DNA from: a virus
Reading direction: 5' to 3' (one strand)
DNA: 64,000 bases
IMG/VR virus record: IMGVR_UViG_3300031963_012969
In this document: positions 57,024-64,000 of the stretch, piece after piece
Position numbering within the stretch: position 1 is the first letter of the stretch
Layout: each line of letters opens with the position of its first letter
The notes under the pieces: model-generated
What the model was told of the DNA's origin: nothing
Seen by the model: the letters and a program-made list of their open reading frames with translations, nothing else
The model's database searches: none
Position numbers and translations under genes: made by a program

Positions 57024-59231
57024 TTACTGAAGTACGTCTGTACCACTGGATGAGCTCTCTACAGCTCTTTGCTTAAGGAATAAAACAACTTTAGCTGTTG
57101 ATTTTATTGTGGATAAAATTAAATCCTCAAAATCCGCCATTTCATCGATACCATATTCTTCTGCGAAGTCCGAATTGTGCCAATAAAATAAAAGAAGCAA
57201 TCTGCACATTCTATCTAAGTTATCTACTAGTTCGGGGATATATTCCTGAACTATAGACTGAGACCTAGATGTTCTAACGATCACCCCTATCATTGCTGGG
57301 TCAAAAACCTGTCTAGAATTGCTATCGCTTGCTCTTTCCAAGAATTTCAAATCTTCATCAGTAATTTGATTCCATAAACCAATGTCCATGTCTGTTGCTG
57401 GCCTTGGTCCAGGGCTTGACTCAGTCATTTGAGTTCTCAATTGTTGCTGTGTTTGAACTGGAGTGCCATCCCTATTTACCCCAGCTGCACCGTCTGGGGT
57501 TTCAAAAGACGGGAACGCTAGTTTTTTATTTGTTCTTGGTAAGTACCACCCAGAAACTCTAGCCTTCTTTTTGTCAAATATCTCTGATGCCACTTTTTCT
57601 GAGTCTTGTTGAGAGAACCCAGCTCTATTCATTAAATCAACAACCACTTCGCTTTTGTCTCTATAGGACAAAGAAGAACCGTCAACAAATACGTTAATGT
57701 CGAATGCAGCAGATTTTTCTACCAAAATCTCTCCAGCTCCCCTACCAATTAACAAAGATTGAAGAGTTTTGTCATCACCTGGCTTGACGTCATTTATTTT
57801 GCTTGAGTCAAATTCTGGAGTCTTAACCTCAATAACCTTGCAACACTTAGGTACAAACACTACATTGCCTTTGGTGAACTCAGGCAATCCATGATCTTTA
57901 TCTATTGATCTAAGGTACCCCTTATCCCCCCAGCAATGACCGCAACATCCAGACGACAAACAAGAAGAATTTCCACCATCGGTTAAGAAATTACTATTGC
58001 TGAATGGCACATAGTCTTGTTCGACAAGTACAGTTGTCCTTTTATTTTCTGTTATTTTGTTTGTAACATTAAATGGACCATAAACACTTAATTCATGATC
58101 TACCAAGAAATACTTTTTGCCAACAACACATGAATTAAGATCTTTTCCTGTATTTTTAAGAATTTCATCTTTCTCTTCTTTTGTTAGTTCCTGTGTGGTA
58201 CCTGAATTAGACTTGTAGTAAACAGGCTGCTTTGCCCACTCCATATTTCCATTACTTGGGTCAATAACAACCTGTGGAGAATAAGATTTGCCCATTGAAT
58301 GCATGGACTGGTCATTTGATCCAGTATTGATCGCCCTTGCAGAAACAAAAACCATCGCCTTAATAATGTCGCCGTTATGGTTTAGAATATCATATAGACC
58401 AGTTTCGGTAACTTGACCAAATTCTTTTCTATAATCCCCTAAGTATAAATCGCTTTTATCCTTTTCGTCCCTGTTGTCGTCAATTCTATATCCATTTTTA
58501 ATTATTTCAGTTTTTTCTTCTGTGGAAAGATTTGACAGCTTTAGCAGAGCGTCACCAGACTTAATCAACGTTATTGGGTCTTTTGTGTCTTCTTGCTTTG
58601 CCTCTTTTTTAGACTCAAAAGTTATCTTAAGGTCATCCAGTTCATAAAACTTAGATATATATGAAAATATTTCTGGAGTCTCAAGAGCGTATTTTATGAA
58701 ATTATCATAATTCTCTTTTCCAGACTTTTGAAGAAAATCGATTAAATCACTATCAGTTTCAGATAGTGCCATTTTTGTATCAATAAAGTCATCAACAGTT
58801 ATGTCATAAAAATTCTCCAAAGATGCAGCTTTGCTGTTTGCACTAGCTGGTGGTCTTGAAAATATTCTTAATGTGTTACTCGTTTCCCCATCTATTACAG
58901 GACTTTGTTTGGCTGGTTCACCAATGTCTTCTGGGTTTTGACCGGATAGATAGTTAACCCATTGTTCGTTGTTTGCTACAAATGTATCAGAATTTTTTAG
59001 ATACATAACCTCCATTCCCTTTACCTTTCCATTAAGGAAAAATACTGGAATGTAGATTAGTTGTCCGCCTAACTTGAAGCCCATTATACCAGCGGCTCTT
59101 GTGCCATCATCATTTTTGTCTATGATGTCAAAACCCAAGTAGTGGTTCAATAAGTTGGGGTTTTTTTCTGATATTTTAGCTACTGCTATTTCGGATAAAT
59201 TTTGTTCAACCTGTTGTAATGGAGTCGGCAT
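57024..59231 (-). CDS. Large head-module protein of unknown function (735 aa)
   Basis: First gene of the morphogenesis block; several K-x-A motifs; CLSSGCCGHC cluster. Confidence 0.6.
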   Translation of the reverse strand: MPTPLQQVEQNLSEIAVAKISEKNPNLLNHYLGFDIIDKNDDGTRAAGIMGFKLGGQLIYIPVFFLNGKVKGMEVMYLKNSDTFVANNEQWVNYLSGQNPEDIGEPAKQSPVIDGETSNTLRIFSRPPASANSKAASLENFYDITVDDFIDTKMALSETDSDLIDFLQKSGKENYDNFIKYALETPEIFSYISKFYELDDLKITFESKKEAKQEDTKDPITLIKSGDALLKLSNLSTEEKTEIIKNGYRIDDNRDEKDKSDLYLGDYRKEFGQVTETGLYDILNHNGDIIKAMVFVSARAINTGSNDQSMHSMGKSYSPQVVIDPSNGNMEWAKQPVYYKSNSGTTQELTKEEKDEILKNTGKDLNSCVVGKKYFLVDHELSVYGPFNVTNKITENKRTTVLVEQDYVPFSNSNFLTDGGNSSCLSSGCCGHCWGDKGYLRSIDKDHGLPEFTKGNVVFVPKCCKVIEVKTPEFDSSKINDVKPGDDKTLQSLLIGRGAGEILVEKSAAFDINVFVDGSSLSYRDKSEVVVDLMNRAGFSQQDSEKVASEIFDKKKARVSGWYLPRTNKKLAFPSFETPDGAAGVNRDGTPVQTQQQLRTQMTESSPGPRPATDMDIGLWNQITDEDLKFLERASDSNSRQVFDPAMIGVIVRTSRSQSIVQEYIPELVDNLDRMCRLLLLFYWHNSDFAEEYGIDEMADFEDLILSTIKSTAKVVLFLKQRAVESSSSGTDVLQ

Positions 59232-59300
59232 ATTTTTAGTTATTCTTACTGATAATCTTCACAAAAGAAAGAAGTTTTTTGTAATTATTAGCTAGTAGCT

Positions 59301-59337
59301 AAAAAAAAGCGAGAACATTTTGTGTTCTCGCTTTTTT
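59301..59337. terminator. Bidirectional intrinsic terminator
   Basis: A8-GCGAGAACA-TTTTG-TGTTCTCGC-T6. Confidence 0.85.
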
Positions 59338-59340
59338 CGT

Positions 59341-59691
59341 TTAAAACATAGAAGCAATTGGATTTGCTTCTATGTTTCGTTTTCTTATGTTTCGTACCTT
59401 ATCTTTTATTGTTAAGATACTGTCTGGTTTTATTCCTAAGTTTATACATCTCATCGTTGCTGCCTCCTCTGCAAGAAACCATTGGTCCTCTGAGAGTACT
59501 ACATTACTAAGCTCATTGATTAGAGTGAACAGGAAGACTAATATCTCCTTGTCTAATGAGCTCAATGATTCTTGACCTTTCTGTATTGAAGAGTGGTTGA
59601 CAGCATCCAGCTCCAAAAGCTGGATAGATCTCCCAGTCTGGTACACTTTGCTTAATTTTTTGGTAATTTCCGCATTCATATACGGTAACAT
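59341..59691 (-). CDS. Hypothetical protein (overlaps the Cys-rich ORF; start uncertain)
   Basis: 116-aa ORF ending just before the terminator. Confidence 0.4.
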   Translation of the reverse strand: MLPYMNAEITKKLSKVYQTGRSIQLLELDAVNHSSIQKGQESLSSLDKEILVFLFTLINELSNVVLSEDQWFLAEEAATMRCINLGIKPDSILTIKDKVRNIRKRNIEANPIASMF

Positions 59692-59800
59692 TTTTTATGT
59701 GATGTTTTACTTTGAGATGTTTGCATTTTGTTTTATCATTATTCCATTCGCCGTAAGCGCATGGAATCCGACAACAATGGCCGGATCCCATGCAACTCAT
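59513..59800 (-). CDS. Small Cys-rich metal-binding protein (YkgJ/CxxCxxCC-like)
   Basis: CMGSGHCC..PC...CKHL...C..Y...GCC; ATGA overlap with the upstream gene. Confidence 0.6.
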   Translation of the reverse strand: MSCMGSGHCCRIPCAYGEWNNDKTKCKHLKVKHHIKNVTVYECGNYQKIKQSVPDWEIYPAFGAGCCQPLFNTERSRIIELIRQGDISLPVHSNQ

Positions 59801-59985
59801 TTTGGTATTTCTCCTGGCATCCTAGCACTATTCATCATTGCGCTATTACAGACTGGACACTTATATATTCCAGGCCATGTATAGCTCTGAACTATTCTAT
59901 CAATTGGGCAATAATATATGTATATCATTGATGCCATGCAAGCACTTGTTGATAATGCTATTACACTTAATATAAATGTTTTCAT
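59797..59985 (-). CDS. Small secreted/anchored protein with heavy-metal-binding-like motif
   Basis: Start re-called to MKTFILSVIAL; YYCPID...PGIYKCPVC. Confidence 0.55.
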   Translation of the reverse strand: MKTFILSVIALSTSACMASMIYIYYCPIDRIVQSYTWPGIYKCPVCNSAMMNSARMPGEIPK

Positions 59986-59992
59986 ATTAATA

Positions 59993-60199
59993 TTAATTTT
60001 TATTGTTATCTTTTTCGGTAATAAATAAAGTAAAACCATAAATGGCTGTAAGTACTAGTACCCAGAACATCAATGGTAGAACCAGACTTATTACTTTTAT
60101 TAAAGCCTTTATAGCTATAACTATTATTAAAGCAATAAACGCAATTTTTGAAATTGCCTTTATTACTGTGATTACTGTGATCACTTCTTCTTTTTTCAT
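59993..60199 (-). CDS. Small membrane protein
   Basis: 68 aa with two hydrophobic helices. Confidence 0.55.
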   Translation of the reverse strand: MKKEEVITVITVIKAISKIAFIALIIVIAIKALIKVISLVLPLMFWVLVLTAIYGFTLFITEKDNNKN

Positions 60200-60284
60200 A
60201 GGATTTATGATTTATAGAATGAGGTACATCCTACAATATATTATGGCTTTTATTTGTATTGTTTTAGGTACCCATACATAAATA

Positions 60285-60319
60285 TAAAACACAACCACAA
60301 TAAACATGGTTGTGTTTTA
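60285..60319 (-). terminator. Hairpin/terminator after the oxygenase gene
   Basis: TAAAACACAACCA / TGGTTGTGTTTTA perfect 13-bp inverted repeat. Confidence 0.65.
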
Positions 60320-60341
60320 CTTTGGAGGGAAATTTATTTTA

Positions 60342-60932
60342 TTATCTAAAATGATTGCCGCCAACCCATAATACTAGACTTTTTCTTATCCCAGACACTA
60401 CTGGCGTAACCCTATGTAGCAAATAAGACGGAAATAAAATAACTGCACCTTTGTCTTTTGGCAAGTCTTGTGACATTGATGACTTCATTATTTGTAAAAC
60501 TCCACCTTCGTATTCGGTTGGATCAGATAACTGTACAACCATACTTAATTTTCTTCTTGAAGTTAATCCTGGACCCAAGTCAAGATGCCAACCAAAATGA
60601 CCGCCACCTCCCAGATACTTTGTATATTGTATCGATTCATTTATACAATGAATATCAAAGTTCCATAAATCTTTGTTTGCTCTAAATGCGAGGTCGATCA
60701 TTTTATCATATAGCCACACAAAATTAGGATCTTCTTGGGGGATCCAACTAATTTTACTGTTTCTATGTTGCAAATTGGGTTTATCTGCACCGTAAGTAAC
60801 AGCATCCTGAGTCTCGACCCCTGAGAGTGATTCTTCAATTTTCTGTATTTCTTCTAAAGAAAACCCTGTTTTATACCAATACCAATTAGAAATATCTATA
60901 TCTTTTTGAGGAAAAATTGCTCTTTTGTCCAT
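60342..60932 (-). CDS. 2OG-Fe(II) oxygenase (PKHD/prolyl-hydroxylase-like)
   Basis: WHLD (HxD), RKLS, YEGG, FPSYLLHRVTPV, RKSLVLW. Confidence 0.9.
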   Translation of the reverse strand: MDKRAIFPQKDIDISNWYWYKTGFSLEEIQKIEESLSGVETQDAVTYGADKPNLQHRNSKISWIPQEDPNFVWLYDKMIDLAFRANKDLWNFDIHCINESIQYTKYLGGGGHFGWHLDLGPGLTSRRKLSMVVQLSDPTEYEGGVLQIMKSSMSQDLPKDKGAVILFPSYLLHRVTPVVSGIRKSLVLWVGGNHFR

Positions 60933-60996
60933 ATATTTAATGTTGTTGTGTTTTATTAATTGGGTATATATAAAAAATAATTTAATTCAAGTGTTT

Positions 60997-62853
60997 TTAA
61001 TAACCAATTACATTCTTTGGCGGTTTACCAAATTCTTTGCCGTACGCTAATCCTGGTAACGGATTAGTACCATGTATATTAGATGTTACGTCACCCTTTA
61101 TGATATTTTTCTTTAAATTTTTTTGAACATAAGATGTTCCAAGTTGAGACATCCAATCTTTATCGTGAGATGGATTCTCCATTAATCTAACCATATTTGG
61201 CTTAAAGCTTGGTTCGTGATCTGAAACCAAAACTTGTTTTTCCTCCATGTCATTCAATTCCTTCGCTACACTTTTAGTGATCTTTGTTCCAATGCTATAA
61301 TTTAGTACTGGTGCTTCTAGAAATTTTCCAATAGCTTTTTGTGGCTCCAAATTTAATGAATCTTGCCTAGGAACATAGCTTTTACTGAAAGAGCTATACT
61401 CTACAACCTCATCCGGTAAGTAATGACTAGATTCATCAGCATCAGTAACTGTAACGTGATCAACAACGGCTCTAGCTACTAACTCAGCATTTCTCCTGGA
61501 TACATCTATACCATTATCTTTGAATGTATCCTGTATTTGCTTCAGTAAGCTTAATCTTCCAGCACCAATACCCTTTAATCTTACTACGTCAGCTGGGTTC
61601 ATCAATCCGCTTGACAGTCTGTCTCCTGGTTCTACCGTGTCTCCCCTTTTTACTAAAATTTGGTGATCTGGGGATACATAGTGTTCTTTTCCAGATACAA
61701 TAATACTTGATCCGCCTTGAGGTAATTTATCTACTCTATCAACTACGCCATCCGTCTCAGAAATAGAAGCTTTGTCTGGAAAAGTTTCCGGTACCTGAAA
61801 TAGTGCGTTTATTGCTTTAAAGCCAGTTACTTTTGCCACATTGGCTACGCCAGCTGAGTGCTTAGTGGAAAGAAGACTTTGGCTAAGTGGCTCCGTTAAT
61901 GCACTTGCAGCAGAAAGACCAACGGCATCCGATAAACTTGGCAACGTCCCACGCTCTCTGATACCACAGCACTTTGAGCATACACCGTTGTGCGCGTTGC
62001 ACGTCATTGCAGACCTAACCAATATTTTGCTTTTTCCCTGTTTTTGTATATCTTTTATAATTTTGGGGGTAATCAATGTGCCCGCAGGATATCCAGAAAT
62101 GCCCTTAGCCAAAACAGATCCAGCATTGTCCTTGTCATCAATTGTAACTGGAATACCTGAAGAAGTTTTGCAGTCGTCTTCAGTGACCAATAAATCCATG
62201 GCAGCTGCATTTATCTGTTTCGCTAAAAACCCAGAATTTTGAGTGGAGAATTTTGTAGCTATCAATCCGGCTCTAGTTCCATAACTAGCAGCGAAGTATT
62301 CAGCTGGGGTCATCCCTTGCGTGTAGGAACTTTTTATTCCTATAGGGACTGGAGTATTTGTTTGGTCCATAACCAAGAAGTCGGCACCTATATTACTATT
62401 TAATTGACTCTTGTTTCCTCTTGCTCCAGATGCAACCATTTTTGCCAAATTTGAACCCCTTTTAAGAGACGCGTCAAATATCATATCTGGCATTTTTGAT
62501 GAATATTTGTTGTACAACTTAATTAACTTATTTTCCTTCTCTTCCTGTGTCAAAGTTTTGTCCGAAAAAATACTATTTTCTTCGGTCGTAACTTGGTCCA
62601 TCAAACTTTTTTTATCTATAGGAGATTCAAGGTCTTTCATCGAGAAAGAGCTTCCAGTCTCCACCGCCCCTTTAGATCCTAGTCTAAGTAACTTAAAAGA
62701 TATATCTCTATATTTTTCTGGTTCGTTTTCGGCTATTCTTTGTAGGACATCTTTAACCTCTTTGCTACCAATAGGCCTATCGTCAGGAATATCATTTCTG
62801 AACCCTTCTGGGACAATAGAATTAAAAATAAGTCTAGCTACTGTAGTAGTCAT
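60997..62853 (-). CDS. rpoC: DNA-directed RNA polymerase beta' subunit, C-terminal half (split)
   Basis: TTVARLIFN, SGARG, bridge helix TPAEYF...SGFLAKQ, EDDC, Zn site VRSAMTC...VCSKCCG, trigger loop EPLSQ..LSTKH; no NADFDGD motif. Confidence 0.92.
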   Translation of the reverse strand: MTTTVARLIFNSIVPEGFRNDIPDDRPIGSKEVKDVLQRIAENEPEKYRDISFKLLRLGSKGAVETGSSFSMKDLESPIDKKSLMDQVTTEENSIFSDKTLTQEEKENKLIKLYNKYSSKMPDMIFDASLKRGSNLAKMVASGARGNKSQLNSNIGADFLVMDQTNTPVPIGIKSSYTQGMTPAEYFAASYGTRAGLIATKFSTQNSGFLAKQINAAAMDLLVTEDDCKTSSGIPVTIDDKDNAGSVLAKGISGYPAGTLITPKIIKDIQKQGKSKILVRSAMTCNAHNGVCSKCCGIRERGTLPSLSDAVGLSAASALTEPLSQSLLSTKHSAGVANVAKVTGFKAINALFQVPETFPDKASISETDGVVDRVDKLPQGGSSIIVSGKEHYVSPDHQILVKRGDTVEPGDRLSSGLMNPADVVRLKGIGAGRLSLLKQIQDTFKDNGIDVSRRNAELVARAVVDHVTVTDADESSHYLPDEVVEYSSFSKSYVPRQDSLNLEPQKAIGKFLEAPVLNYSIGTKITKSVAKELNDMEEKQVLVSDHEPSFKPNMVRLMENPSHDKDWMSQLGTSYVQKNLKKNIIKGDVTSNIHGTNPLPGLAYGKEFGKPPKNVIGY

Positions 62854-62863
62854 TTAAAGTAAA

Positions 62864-64000
62864 CTATACCCTATGGTAATATATACACTCAAGTCCCTTA
62901 TTTTTGTCATACAAAAAAGCTTGAGCACACCTATTTGATGTAACATACCCAGAGTTGCTATGCCAAGCATCAGGTGCAGATAAACTTGGAATAACTCTTG
63001 CTATCACTCCACCCTCTTCAATTGAAGACTCTCTATGTAAATGGCCAAGATGCCACTCACAATAAACTGTTTTTCCCCACAGCTCTCTTTGTTCAACTTG
63101 AGCTATTCTAGTGAGTTGATTTAATTTTATTTTATCTCCGTGAGTGAAACACAAAAGCGTATTTCCAACTGCATGATATTTTCTAGATGTAGCTGCATTA
63201 TCTATTGATATGGTTTTAGAACCCTTGAAAAATGCTCCAAGGAACTCACCTAAATAAAAAGTTCTCTCTATGTCGTGGTTTCCTGGAACTATAATAACCT
63301 TTACTGGTGCAATTGAGTTGCATTGATTTATTGCCCATGTAGACAATTCACAACCTCTTCTAAAAGATTTTTGCCAACGACTATCTTCGTTCTGTGGAGT
63401 TCCATTACCTGTAGTATTTTCCTTGTTATTTACATTAAAGAAATCATTACCTATTGGTAGAATTATCTCCGATATTTTTTCGCCTTTGACTTTATCTAAA
63501 AAATCCAGCAAAGCTGATCTAAATTTTTCTATAGCCTCTGCAGAATTATAATTACTGTGTCCTGTTTCTTCTTCCCAAGCAAGTTTCCCCAAGTGTAGAT
63601 CTGGGATTGAAATTTCAAAAACCTTTCCACCAGAAACATTGTGCTTCTTTTGTGTAGTTAAAGAATTTTTTATGCCAGATATACAGCTATTAAAAATATC
63701 CGAAATGTTTTCTCGAGTTAATTGATTTCTTTTGAGCTGTGCTTTTACTTGGTACAAGTTCTTAGTTACAACGTCTCCGTCCTTTGATTTCATTCCAACT
63801 GGCCAAGTGTTAGCTGTCCACCTTTCGATTTGCCATTTTTTTAGGTCTATATTACAGGCGCTAATCAAGTCCTCCAATGTTTTAATATCTTCTGTTACCG
63901 ACTCTGCCTCCATTTCGTTCTCGTCTCCAACGCATCTAGTTTTGCTTTGTTTTTGAGGTACATGTTGTAATCCTTCCTTGGCGAACTCAAACGATTGTGA
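62864..64000 (-). CDS. Calcineurin-like metallophosphoesterase (5' end beyond window)
   Basis: DLHLG, GND, GNHD, HGD, GHLH motifs; the frame stays open 29 codons upstream of the annotated ATG to the window edge. Confidence 0.85.
   Translation of the reverse strand, partial: SQSFEFAKEGLQHVPQKQSKTRCVGDENEMEAESVTEDIKTLEDLISACNIDLKKWQIERWTANTWPVGMKSKDGDVVTKNLYQVKAQLKRNQLTRENISDIFNSCISGIKNSLTTQKKHNVSGGKVFEISIPDLHLGKLAWEEETGHSNYNSAEAIEKFRSALLDFLDKVKGEKISEIILPIGNDFFNVNNKENTTGNGTPQNEDSRWQKSFRRGCELSTWAINQCNSIAPVKVIIVPGNHDIERTFYLGEFLGAFFKGSKTISIDNAATSRKYHAVGNTLLCFTHGDKIKLNQLTRIAQVEQRELWGKTVYCEWHLGHLHRESSIEEGGVIARVIPSLSAPDAWHSNSGYVTSNRCAQAFLYDKNKGLECIYYHRV

Noticed and set aside
57024-59231. Portal protein assignment
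   Set aside because: Size and position fit, but I see no portal motif I can support; needs HHpred or structure prediction

Overview
64-kb AT-rich segment of a large, probably jumbo, contractile-tailed (myovirus) bacteriophage. All credible genes are on the minus strand and read with the standard code. In transcription order (right to left): a calcineurin-like phosphoesterase, the C-terminal half of a split RNA polymerase beta' subunit, a 2OG-Fe(II) oxygenase and small Cys-rich genes. The head module follows: prohead protease, scaffold, decoration protein, major capsid protein and two clusters of Gly/Ala-rich probable internal proteins. It is interrupted by an island of three tRNAs plus dCMP deaminase. 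Then come neck proteins, tail sheath, two tandem tail-tube paralogs, spike, a tail-assembly chaperone pair joined by a clear -1 frameshift signal, a 2232-aa repeat-rich tape measure and baseplate genes with a sigma-70-like factor embedded among them. The left end holds five tandem Cys-rich paralogs, three ~930-aa collagen-like proteins and tail-fibre-like genes. The most notable signals: (1) six otherwise unrelated proteins share an N-terminal leader, MNKY-x3-Y-x3-L, and head proteins are full of K-x-A motifs, suggesting a capsid-targeting and proteolytic maturation system for ejected cargo; (2) one such cargo is a copy of the tape-measure N-terminal domain; (3) the three collagen chains are length-matched with Cys-rich ends, suggesting a heterotrimeric collagen fibre; (4) the phage encodes bacterial-type RNAP and sigma components. 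Terminase and a confidently identifiable portal are not in the window. All functional calls come from motif recognition and gene order, not database searches.
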